A DNA stretch of 63,755 nucleotides, the filler included, from Conidiobolus incongruus B7586 (Eukaryota), in assembly GCA_000697335.1 (NCBI GenBank). It is 18 parts of 18 records of this genome, joined end to end, with 100 filler letters (N's around TTAATTAATTAA, not from the genome) between each part and the next. Parts side by side here need not be neighbours in the genome. Positions count along the whole stretch, not along the records: positions 1 to 4,358 come from JNEM01000261.1; positions 4,459 to 7,537 come from JNEM01000263.1; positions 7,638 to 9,269 come from JNEM01000266.1; positions 9,370 to 11,848 come from JNEM01000267.1; positions 11,949 to 13,559 come from JNEM01000268.1; 13 more parts are not named here. The stretch is one strand, 5' to 3'. Below, one piece after another: positions 1-12,233 of this stretch; position 1 is the first letter of the stretch; every line of letters starts with the position of its first letter. The notes below the pieces were generated by a model, which saw only the letters and a program-made list of their open reading frames with translations, was not told the origin of the DNA and ran no database searches. Made by a program: the position numbers and the translations under genes.

Positions 1-1707
1 ATTTTAAAATAATAAATTAAAAATAAAAAGTGATATTATATAAAGTATTAGCTTAATAAACTATTTGTGAATTTTAAATAATTCAATTTAATTTAAGATT
101 TAATTAAAAATATTACTAGAATAAAAAATTTTTAATAATTAATATTTAAATATAAGTATTAAAAATAAATATTAATGTTTTAAATTAAAATTTACTATTT
201 CAAACACTATTAAATCTAAATATCTATATATATTTTTAATAATAAAAATTTATTTATTTATTTTATCTTATTTGAAAAATAAGAAATTAAAAATTTTCTA
301 TTTTTTACTAAATTATTACATAATTTTATCAATATTCTTTGATTTGTTACATAAAAAAAATTATTAATAATAATAATATAAAAATTAATATTAAATAAGC
401 ATTAAATTATATTCTATATTATTTTTACCATTAAATCATAAGGGCTTCAATCATATTTAATTTATAATTTTTTGATAATAAATTTCTTTTTTAAATATGT
501 ATAAATTTATCTACCTATTTATCGTTATAAATATTTTGATTATAGCTATCATAATGAAATTTTCATGATAAATCAGAAACCACTAAATTATTATTGGATC
601 ACGTTTTCATACTTAATGATTTATTATAATAGCTATAAGCCAATTTTCTATGACTGATTTATCTTAAATAGTTGATTGTTGAATTTATTATTTTGATATT
701 TCTCCAAAATATCAGATTTATTATTCTTTATTGAATAGTTTACAGAATTGACTCATTAAATAACTTATATAATCCACGTTTCCCTTTTTCACAATTACTG
801 AAACATATTAATATGTAGCTAAATCATTTGCTAATAAGAAATTAATATATATTTATTAATTCTATTGATATTTATACATTAACAAAACTTTAAACTATAC
901 ACCAATCTATTAATATCAATCATTTGTCAATATCATTATAATCATACAGTCAATTTTTTTAAATTATGATTTTCAGAATATCAGCATGAAAATTTCTATA
1001 AACAAAATTGAACATTTTCTGTGTTATGATATTCCATATAGCGTGAATATTTATAAAGAAACTAATATAAATGGAAACTACAGTTACCAAATATTCCTTT
1101 TATTATCACATTCCATTTGAAATATATTTTCAAATACAAGACAAATTTTTTCAATTGTGGATATTATTCTAATTTAAGTCTCAATGTTTCAATTAAAAAT
1201 GTAATATTTACAGGTTATATGGATCATTTACTTTTTATCCATTAGGTATTATTGATACTTGGTTCTAATTATATTGTTATAATTAATATTAAATATTCAT
1301 TATAATTTAATAATAATATCGATCTATAAAAATAGATATTTTAATATTTTTTAATTTTATATAATATATTTTTTATAATCCAACTAATTGTGTTATTTTT
1401 AATAAGGTTTTATGGGGAAATTTTAAAGGGTAAAATAAGCAGAGAATGAATATATCTATATAAGGTATAATTAAAATAATTAAAGGAAGAATGCTGATTG
1501 GATAAAGGGGAACAAACTGGACTAACGAAATCCTCAATCGAAAAAATAAAAACTAATTAACCCGAAATTCGTAATATAAAAGCAATCATATTCCTTTAAT
1601 CGATAAATGCTTTAACTAAAAATATCATAAATTGTCCTTATTCTTGTTTCTTTTTTTAATTGAAACATTATCTTTATTGTGTTTAAAATTCGCTGGAATA
1701 AATCTAC

Positions 1708-2835
1708 ATGGCAAAATCGGTACCGCCAAAGGAAACATTAATGGAACAAAATCTCTCGCATAATAATGTATCTATTGTATCTACATCATCGAATATTAAT
1801 TCAAATATTAATGGTCGTGTTAAATCACGCGCCAGGATCAGTTTGCGAGCATGCGATGAATGTAAAAAAACAAAGTCCAAATGCGACAGTGTTGAAGGAT
1901 CATGCTGCTCTTCATGCTCTACAAAGAATAAAAAGTGTACATTTTTGACACCAAGGAAAAAAAGAGGCCCCAAGCCAAAATCAATCCATTCTTCTAAAGA
2001 CTCACACTTGCCTGCCATAAATCGTACTATTAATACCAGTCGTAGCCCACATTTTAGATATGATACGAAATCAATCAGTTGGTTTATGACGAATCTAAAC
2101 CCCTCAATTCAAGTGATTAATAACTCAGAGCTAATGGACAGATACTATCAACCTAAAGGTTTTTATTTTGAATTTCTTTTAGCTTGCATGACCTTGCTTG
2201 CATGTGTCACATTATCAAATAACCAATTTGATTCGATTAATTTCGATGCCTATTTGGCAGAGTATAAAAAGTTATCTAATACACCACCTCCAACAGATCC
2301 AAACAATGACTTTAATCGCGGCACCCGTTTACTTAACCATATATATGCTCATTTATATCCTCAGCCGCCAAATAACGATCCTAAAAAGCAGCTAACAGCT
2401 TCTTCTCCGTTATCTTTCACTACACCTCAGCCTGCAATATCATCCAGACAAAATACATTTACCACCGATCATTCAATATACCCCATTAAAATCAAACCTA
2501 CTCCTATTCACACTTCACATAACCCTAGAAATCATATACCAATCCCGCATTATCAAACTAGCACTACAATGGCTCATACTCAGCATATACCTTATTCCAG
2601 TTTGGAATATCTATCATCAAGGGATCAGTCATTCGTAAGATACAACTCCACCGAAACAAACTTTCCATTACCAAAGGAGAATTCCATCTCTTATTCACAC
2701 TTCTCTGGGAGAAATGAATCACATCCAATCAAAACAAGTGAAAAATTTTCTAAATCTATTAATCCGATTTCTGATTACCGAGAAGTTCAAGAAACAGATT
2801 CTAGAACTTATCATTATCATTTATATAGAAAATAA
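1708..2835 (+). CDS. Zn(II)2Cys6 (GAL4-type) fungal transcription factor, 375 aa, intronless
   Basis: Motif RACDECKKTKSKCDSVEGSCCSSCSTKNKKCTF fits C-x2-C-x6-C-x6/7-C-x2-C-x6-C, followed by a basic RKKRGPKPK linker and a Pro/Ser/His-rich C-terminus. First in-frame ATG is at 1708. Confidence 0.92.
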   Translation: MAKSVPPKETLMEQNLSHNNVSIVSTSSNINSNINGRVKSRARISLRACDECKKTKSKCDSVEGSCCSSCSTKNKKCTFLTPRKKRGPKPKSIHSSKDSHLPAINRTINTSRSPHFRYDTKSISWFMTNLNPSIQVINNSELMDRYYQPKGFYFEFLLACMTLLACVTLSNNQFDSINFDAYLAEYKKLSNTPPPTDPNNDFNRGTRLLNHIYAHLYPQPPNNDPKKQLTASSPLSFTTPQPAISSRQNTFTTDHSIYPIKIKPTPIHTSHNPRNHIPIPHYQTSTTMAHTQHIPYSSLEYLSSRDQSFVRYNSTETNFPLPKENSISYSHFSGRNESHPIKTSEKFSKSINPISDYREVQETDSRTYHYHLYRK

Positions 2836-4458
2836 TAAATTTATTATAATAATTTACAATTATCTTGAATTTTTTTAATTATTTATCTTATATTTTTAAT
2901 ATATTTTATTACATCATGTGAGGTATTTAGGAAATATATCCTTATTTAACATTTTTTCAATTATTCTTATTAGCCTTGTCAATCAAAATGATTTATTTAT
3001 ATGCATTTATTTTATGATTTCATTATTTCATATATATATATATGCAAGTAGAATACAGATTAAACTAAAATACTTTCTAAACTCATTAATTACACTAAAT
3101 TTGGAATTACTCGTTATATAATTTATCTATAGATTTAAATTTGGTGAAATACAATATGCAAATAAAAACAATATATCCCTAATATTACTATCCAAATTAT
3201 ATAACAAAGTAGCAGGTTGGATGTTATACTAATACATGATTTATTTCAATATCTTCGAACAGAATTCAATTAATGTTTTCATATTGTATAAAAATGAACC
3301 TATATTACAAATTCATTACTTTAATTTTTAAGTCTAATTTTATTTTGGATGTTTAGTTACAATATCGATCATAGTTATTGAAATTTTTAAATCTGAAAAT
3401 AATCACAATCTCATTATTTAACCCAGTTGTGCATTACAATTACTTGTAAATATTAAAATGAACAAAATTCCCATCTTATTTTGGGAATTATTTAAAATCA
3501 ATAATTCAACAATGGTTATATTTGAGATCTTGTTATTGATATGGATTATTATTGGTATAAAATTTGGTTAGATGATAATTTACACATTCGGTTAAAATAT
3601 TTTATATCAGAACTTATTAATATTTTTGCTTAAGTTTATATATGAATTATCACACTTTAAAATTGATTCTATCTCCTTAAATTCTATATTTTAATTTTGT
3701 GAGATAAAATTAGAATAATATTAATTTAACATAATATATTTTGATTTTGTTTGTTATATATATATATATGTTAAGAAGGAAATGGTAATTTTTTGAATAT
3801 CTGATTTCTAAAATAAACTGTTAGTTATAGAAAAAAATATATATATAGTATATATAGCAGAATTTATATTTTGAAATATATACATACTCTTATATTTAAT
3901 TATTTTGTAATAGGATATTTTTATATAAAATTTATTATTGAATTGAATAAGCCTTAAACTAGATAACAATCAGCAAAAGATTTTATTTTAATATTTTTCA
4001 AACACAATGATAAATCCTTTAGAATTATTTTAATTTCTAAATACCTTATAAAAATAATGCTTTTTCGAAAGATACCATTTATCTCTAGATTTATAATTTT
4101 AAAGTTAGAAAAGATAATTTTTCAAAATTTACCAAAATCTAAGAGATTAATTTTCTCTTATTCTTTTTGTATTAATAAAATTAAATATTGTAATTATTAT
4201 TTTATCTCAGCTAGGGAATCATCTAAGAATTTACCTAATTAATTTAATATTAATTATAAAAATAAATTTTATATTTAAGTTTAAGCTTAGTTTGGTTAAT
4301 AAAAATAATAAACACCAAATAATTAAATAAAAATATAAAAATAAAATAATTATTATTANNNNNNNNNNNNNNNNNNNNNNNNNNNNNNNNNNNNNNNNNN
4401 NNTTAATTAATTAANNNNNNNNNNNNNNNNNNNNNNNNNNNNNNNNNNNNNNNNNNNN

Positions 4459-6240
4459 TAAATATTACTAATATTTTATTAAGGATTTTTTCAAAATAAT
4501 TTAACTTTTAACTAAGTTAACTAAAACTAATAATATTTTTAATTTTAATAAATAAATTAAAAAAAGTTTTCATTAACTTTATAATATATTAATTTTTATT
4601 CCTATTTTTAAACTATTAAATTTTAACCTTGAATTTGTTTTGTAAACAAATACTTTCAGTTTAAGAGTAGATATTATATTTACTTAATTATATTTAAAAA
4701 ATAAAAAAAAATCAACTCTTAACTATTATTCTAAGAAATTTAATAAAGCTGAGTTAAATTATATAACTATTTATAAAAATATATATATAGTTATTTTAAT
4801 GATAGAATATTTTAGATTATATTTATTTAAATAATATTTCAAAATCTAAACAAATTATACTCTATTTAAAAAATATCTTAAGATAATAAATTAAATAAAT
4901 TAATATATTTGTTAGTTATATAAATTATAGTTTTATAATTTTAAAATAAAATATAAATTAGGTAAGAATAATATACCAACAAATATGTTAAATAAATATT
5001 TAGTTAAAACTATAATAATAATTAAAAATTTTACTAAAATAAATTACAAACTTTATTTACTATAGATATACCAGATAATAAAATATAATAAATCACCAAA
5101 GTTTTTATCATATAAAACTTTTTTATCATTTCAAAATTAATATAAAAAATATTCAATCTATAATGATAATTTAATTAAAAAAATAGGAGAATAGATATAA
5201 ATAATTTTAAAACAATAATATCAAAAAGAATTAACTAAAATATTCTATATAAATAAAGTTCATTATGGTATTAAAGCTATATTATATCTAATTCAGAAAT
5301 ATTTTTGGTGGTTAAAAATTAATAAGATAGTTTAAGAAATTATTATTAAATATTATAAATGTTAAATATATAATAAGATTATAAAAAAATTATCTTTTAA
5401 ATATATAATAAATAATAAATTATTTAAACAAATAATATTAAACTTTGTAAAACCATTTAAAACTTTAATTTATAATAATTAATATATATTAGTTACAATA
5501 GAATATTAATTTTATTAGTTAATAATAATATTATATAAAACACAAACTATAGAAATAATTGCTAAATTTATTTACACCTATATTATCTTAAATTTTAAAC
5601 TTCTAAAAATCATTATAATTGATAAAAGTTTTTAATTCAATTATGATATTATAAGAAAACTCATCAAGATACTTCAAGTAAAATATTGATTTATATTAGC
5701 ATATTATCCTTAAGTTAATAAAAGAGTAAAGAGATTTAATAAGACATTATGTGAATATTTAGAAAAATTATCAATTAACCATTTAAAAAATTAAAACCAA
5801 AAAATTAATAAAATATTATTTTTATATAAAATAATACCACATTTAGATTAAATATCACCTTTCAAAATATTATTCAAACAAGAATTATAATCATTAAAGA
5901 ATATTTTAATTTTAGATGATATATAAATTAAACATATATCAGAATTAGAATATTATATTAATTAATAAGAATATAAAGAGAATCAAGTGTTTAAAAAATT
6001 ACAATTATAAGAAAATGATGAAATTATTAAGTTAAAATATATAATTAATAATTATATTAGGTTGTTAAATATAAAAAAAATATATTAGAAATATAATAAA
6101 CCTTATATTTTGTTATTAGTAAGATTAAACACTATATATGATATAATTCATGAAAAATTATATATTGTTATAGAAAAAATATATTAAGATCAATTAAAAT
6201 AATATCACAAAAATAATATAATATAATATAAATATAATTA
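4459..6240 (+). mobile_element. Degenerate Ty3/gypsy pol remnant (RT connection - RNase H - integrase)
   Basis: Manual translation through stops gives YY*YFIKDFFKII*LLTKLT (cf. YYRxFIKDFSKIAxPLTxLT). It also gives LLNFNLEFVL*TNTFSLRV...YYSKKFNKAELNY (RNase H, cf. PDFxxxFxLxTDAS...YxSKKFxxAExNY), HYGIKAILYLIQKYFWWLKINK...YYKC* (HHCC zinc domain), LNFVKPF...YILVTIEY and AYYP*VNKRVKRFNKTL (cf. AYHPQANGRVERFNKTL). The RT-RH-INT order indicates gypsy. Confidence 0.88.
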
Positions 6241-6260
6241 ATAATAAATTGCATTAATTT

Positions 6261-6544
6261 AAAAGGAGGAGAAATAATATTATATTTCAAAATTAATCAT
6301 CCTTTATAGTTTGATAGCTAAACCAATATTATTTCTATTTTAAGTTAGCTTTGTTAGTTTATAATTGAAGGACACTCTTTGTTTCCTTTATTTTTTTTAT
6401 TAGATTTTATCCAAATCCTATATTATTCATTGATTTAATTATTTAAACCTAATAGTAATAAAAATAGAAAAAGAGGTTTTCTTTTGGATATTCTACTATA
6501 ACCTCTCAGTAGTAAGTTTTAAGACTTATAGTCTTGATATATTA
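6261..6544 (+). mobile_element. Polypurine tract and probable 3' LTR of the gypsy remnant
   Basis: AAAAGGAGGAGAAA (6261-6274) follows the integrase. Next comes a ~270-bp segment starting TAATAT and ending ATATTA, which reads as TGATGT...ACATCA termini after G>A/C>T decay. It contains AATAAA. Confidence 0.5.
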
Positions 6545-7791
6545 AAGAGCAAAATTAATAAATAATTTATTAAATTATATTTTGAGTATTTTTTTAATAA
6601 TAATCTTAATTTATAAAACTTAATATAAAAACATAACATTAAGCTTAATTAATATTTAATTATATTTTATAATAATAATTAATTCAAAAAAGTTAGTATA
6701 GATATTATAAAACTTATAATTTATATATTATATAACAATTTTAATAATTTAATAATATACAAATATTAAACTATATACTAATTTTTTAAATTGATATAAT
6801 TTGATTTATTGACGAATAATACAAATAAAGATATAAAATTTTTATTTACCAATTTATTTGTAATTGAAAAATATAACAAAAAAGAAATATTAATTATTAG
6901 AAAATACAGTATTAATAACCAAAAATATACAAATAATTACAGAAATTATAAGCTCTGATAAATTTTTTACAATATATTTTATCAATAAAATTCATTTATT
7001 CAAATAATATTAGTTTTTAATCAATCAATTAGTGAGTGGATTAGAATCGAATATTTTTACTATATATACTAACAATGTTTAAAAATATTTTTGCAATTTA
7101 TTATAGGATAGATTTTTTATATATAGTTTAATTCTCATTATATTTGAAATATGATTTTTTATTTGAATAAATTATAACTCATTATAGATAATTTTTTATC
7201 TAATATATATTTATTATTAAATAAACTAAAATAGCTATAGGTGTTTAAGTTTTTAAATTAAATAATAATTACTCAGCATTTGTAATTATAGTTATTAATT
7301 CATAATATCAGGAATAAAATGATATGATTTTGACAAAATTAATAGTTTTTATTTAATAAATTAAAATCTAATTCATTTTTACAATACATTTAATTTATTT
7401 TATTCATACTGAAATTAAATTTATTATTAGTTATTCATAAGTCATACGTAAATTTATTATAAAAATGAATAATATGTCCAAATATTTTGTTATTAACTAC
7501 AGTTAAATTAAAATAACATAGATACTAAATTATCTATNNNNNNNNNNNNNNNNNNNNNNNNNNNNNNNNNNNNNNNNNNNNTTAATTAATTAANNNNNNN
7601 NNNNNNNNNNNNNNNNNNNNNNNNNNNNNNNNNNNNNCTATTATATTTTGAAATTATAGTAATACAAAAGTGAAAAATGATATATAAATTTTTTTAAATT
7701 ATTTAATAATGTATTTAATTTGATATAATATATATTTATTAGTTTAAACTAAATAATTTTATTTTTGTTAATTATAAAATATTTTGGATTA

Positions 7792-9108
7792 TAATATTTA
7801 ATTTGTAATTTAAATATTGGGAATTTTTTGCAATTGAAAAAAAAATAAATATTTTAATATATAAAGAGTAAAAATAAATATATACTATAAAATTAATAAT
7901 TTTCTTCATTTCTAATAACTTTTTGCTATACTATTGGCAAAGATCTAACACCTAAAAAATAGTTCTTTTTATTAAGGACTAAAATTTGATATTTCACAAA
8001 CTAATTAAATTTTTTTGCAGAAATTTTCTTTCCTGCAAACTAGTTTATTAATTGCCCAAAACAATTATAATCACATGGGTTATAATCTGGGGAATATATT
8101 AGATATGGTAGTTCTTTCCAGTTATTTTTAATTAAAATGTTTTTTATATCTTTAGATTTATATACTTTGTAATTATTATGCAAAATAATAGGTCTTTTCA
8201 AACTATTTTAAGAATACCAATTAGAAATAGTTTTATTTAAAAAAGAAATATAAAGTTTACTATTAATTGATTTTCCTTTACAAACTAAATAAGAATAGCA
8301 TATGCCATTATAATCCATTGCAACAATTAACATTCATTTATCAACAAAGTGTTTATTTAAAGGAATTTGTGGAGGGGGTTGATTTGGCTTAATCTAGCAT
8401 TTTGATTTATATTTTTATAAAGGATTATAAAAAAAACTAAAATACATCAATTGTAATTATATGTTGTAAAGGCCTTTGTTTCTGGCTATACCTTATTAAA
8501 TTTTGTTTAGCAATAGCTACTCTTGTTTTTTTAAGCTTTAGTTAATTTTTAAAGTACCCATTTTGTATTTTTATTTATTAATTTAATTTAAACTTTAATA
8601 TATATAAAATACTTATGTGACTAATATTAAAATGTCTTTATAATTCTCTAGCTGAAATAAAAAGGTGTTTTTCATTATATTTTTTTACTTTATTAATAAT
8701 TAGAAAAGTGTTAGTTAAAATTAGTCTTCTAGATTTTAGCAAGTTTTGTGTAGTTTCTCTCCTAGCCTTAAAGGAATTTACCTAGTAATAAATTGTTAAT
8801 TTAGATAATATTTTTTTACCAAAAGCAGCTTGTAAATTTTAAATGATTTTAGAGGGTTTATGGTTAAGTTTTATTAATACTGAAATAAAAAACTTTTGAT
8901 GGTCATTATTTGGTTTAAATATAATTAAATTAAATAACTAATTTTAAAAAATTATTTCTTTAATTAATAAAGCATCTATATATATATAATTTAAAACTAT
9001 TTATTCTCCCATTTGTTTTGTATATATTTTTTTATTCAAAACTAATAATATATTTGAAAAATTAGAAATTAAAAAATTTCCTATTTTTTTGTATCTATGG
9101 TAATATAT
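7792..9108 (-). mobile_element. Degenerate mariner (DD34D) transposon, copy B1
   Basis: Minus strand reads KWVL*KLT (WVPHEL-like, ~8540-8563) and IILHNN...WKELPYLIYSPDYNPCDYNCFGQL (YSPDL-like, 8070-8096). Length is ~1.3 kb with imperfect TIRs (...GGGAATTTTTT / AAAAAATTTCC...). Confidence 0.85.
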
Positions 9109-9374
9109 TATAGAACTATTTTAATTAATAACGTTTTCTATTAATAAAGGTGGTATTTAATTTATTATAAAATATATATATAATATTATTAATATTAATT
9201 AATAATTTTATATAGACTTATAATCTGTGATATTTTTTTATAATAATATAATATTAATCTATATAAATTNNNNNNNNNNNNNNNNNNNNNNNNNNNNNNN
9301 NNNNNNNNNNNNNTTAATTAATTAANNNNNNNNNNNNNNNNNNNNNNNNNNNNNNNNNNNNNNNNNNNNATATA

Positions 9375-10937
9375 TACTAGCCTGCAAAAATGAGTCATAA
9401 AATTAAAAATATATATATTTTTATTAATATTTTAATCAATTCTAATTTAAATAAACTTTTATTAAACTATGTAATTAATATATATTTTTTATTTTTAATA
9501 TAATATATAAAGTTAAATTTATTTAATTATTAATTGATATATTAAAACTAAAAGTATATTTAAGATGAGTTATAAATTTGTAGGTTTTAGTATTGATAGA
9601 AAAATTAATATCTAATATATCTATCATTTGCTTTTCTAACTTCTTTAAGTTTGTGGGGTATAGAGTTAACTAGCTTTTTATATTAAGTAAGACTAATATT
9701 ATTCTAAGTTTCTTAAATATACTCTTAAAGTTGATTTAAATTTTTTATTAGGGGGAAAGCTTTAATTAATTTTTTTAATTAATCCTAAAGATTTTTAATT
9801 GGGTTAAGATTAAAAGATTAAAGAGGTTATTTTATAATAGTTATTTTGTTATTTTTAAGCCATTTAATAATAAAATTTATAGTATAGTAAAGTGTATTAT
9901 TTTGTTAGAAAATAATATTTGATTTTTTTAATCTATACCACTTAATAGTTTTTTTTGATTTATTATTTAGAGTATTTTAATATATTTTAATATTAATTCC
10001 CTTATAAACTTAATAAAGATACCATATACTTAAGGATAACATATATCCCTAAACTCTAATTAACCCATCATTATATTTTTAGGTTATAATAACATAATGG
10101 TTATAAAGTAGTTTTTCATATTTTTTGAAATATTTAACTCTTTTATTAGATTTATTAAAATATATCTTTGTTTTATTAGATTAAATAACCTTATTCTAGT
10201 TAGTTTTAATTCAACTTTAATATTGACATTTAAACTCTTACCTAGTTTTATAGTAAGACTTTTTTAGTTAGGGGTGTTTTTTCTTAAAATGTAAGTAATA
10301 TCTATTCTAATATAAAATATATATAATAATATTAATACTAACTAATATTCTTATACAGTCTTGTAATTCTTGTTAGATTTTTATAGTAGTATTACATTTA
10401 CCTTTATTAAATAATTAGTAAATATACTTTTCATAATGTTTATTTATAATTTTAATATACTTAAGTTTTAGTTTAAGTGTTTTTTAACATTGTTCTTAAT
10501 AACCCTAGCTATAATAGATTAGCTAATACTAGTAATTCTAATAATCTTATGGGTTGATTTATTTTCATTATATAGTTAATTAATATATAAGTAAACTTTT
10601 TTAAAAGGAGATTTAAGTATTATAATATTAATTTTAAAATATTAGCTTAATAGTTTTATATTATATATAATATAACAAAAAAAAGATATATATAAGTTTT
10701 GTTATTTATATCTTTTTAACTTATAAATCTTAAAATTTATAACTAGTTTTGGTTAAATTTTAGGTTTTGATATATTAACCAATAGGTAATAAAATATAAT
10801 CAAATATAGTTAGCCATAATTAATTAATATAGGTAAATTATATATTTTAATTTAAAATTATTTAATTAAAAGTTATTTAAGATATAAGTAAATATTTAAG
10901 TAAATTTAATTTTATAACTTATTTTTGCAAGCTAGTG
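9375..10937 (-). mobile_element. Full-length degenerate Tc1-like (DD34E) transposon, copy A1
   Basis: TIRs TACTAGCCTGCAAAAATGAGTCATAAAATT (9375) and AATTTTATAACTTATTTTTGCAAGCTAGTG (ends 10937), flanked by TA. Length is 1563 bp. The minus-strand transposase relic aligns with the other copies. Confidence 0.9.
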
Positions 10938-11228
10938 TATATATCTTTTTAAATATTTAAAAAATTATTAATTTTTCTAGATATTTAATAATATATAATA
11001 AAATCTAATAAATTATTATTATATTTTAAAATATATTATTATAGTTTCAATTTATATTTATTTATAATAATATAAATTTTAATTAAAATAATATAAGAAT
11101 ATTTGGAATTTTAATTATAATATAAAATATATTATCTTAGAAGTTAAAAAAAACAAAATTTTTAAATTTATGTTTTTTTTAAATATATACTAGCTTGTAA
11201 AAATAAGTTATAAAATTATAATCATATA

Positions 11229-11848
11229 TACTAATCTACAAAAATAAGTTATAAAATTAAAATTACTTATATATTTACTTATATTATAGATAAATCTTAA
11301 TTATATAAATTCAAATTAAAGTATATAATTTATTTATATTAGTTGATTATAACTAACTATATTTGATTATTTTCTATTAGTTATTGGTTAATATATCAAT
11401 ATCTAAAATTTAACCAAGATAAGTTATAAATTTATAAGTTTATAAATTAAAGGGGTATAAATAATAAAACTTATATATACTTTCTTTCTCTTTTGTTATA
11501 TTATATATATTATAAAATTATTAAGCTAATATTTTAAAATTAATATTATAATACTTAAATTTTTCTCTTAATAAGTTTACTTATATATTAATTAACTTCA
11601 TAATAAAAATAAATCAACTTGTGAGATTATTAGAATTACTAATATTAGTTAATTTATTATAATTAAGGTTATTAATAATAATATTCAAAAAACACCTAAA
11701 CTAAAATTTAAATATGATAAAATTATAGATAAATATAATATAAAGTATATTTATAGATTAGTTAATATAGGTAAGTGTAATATTATTATAAAAGTATAAT
11801 AAGAATTATAAGACTATATATAAATATTAGTTAATATTAATACTATTA
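11229..11848 (+). mobile_element. Tc1-like copy A2 (5' part, cut by gap), preceded by a 41-bp terminus of another copy at 11188
   Basis: Left end matches the reverse complement of A1's 10937 end. It contains the HTH relic KSTCEIIRITNIS. Confidence 0.85.
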
Positions 11849-12233
11849 NNNNNNNNNNNNNNNNNNNNNNNNNNNNNNNNNNNNNNNNNNNNTTAATTAA
11901 TTAANNNNNNNNNNNNNNNNNNNNNNNNNNNNNNNNNNNNNNNNNNNNTTTATATTATATTTTAATTAATAATACTATTTATCCATAACTATCAAATAAT
12001 TTCATCTTTTATAATTGATTTTTAAAAATAATTTTTTGAAAACTATTATTATAAATATAAATTAATTATTAAAAATATAATATATATAACTATATTAAAA
12101 TTAAATTCATTTTTTTCAATTTTGACAAAATAAATAACCATTTTCTTAAACTTAAAATATAGTATTTAGAAAAGAAATATATAAGATAATATATATATCA
12201 CAAATAATTTCTTTCTAAAGTTATTTATAATTA

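Noticed and set aside
1704..2395. ORFs 1704-2018(-), 1766-1948(+), 2198-2395(+)
   Set aside because: Shadow ORFs overlapping the Zn2Cys6 gene.
2918..4242. ORFs 2918-3121 and 4057-4242
   Set aside because: Short I/L/F/K/N-rich translations typical of AT-rich non-coding or decayed DNA, with no recognisable domain.
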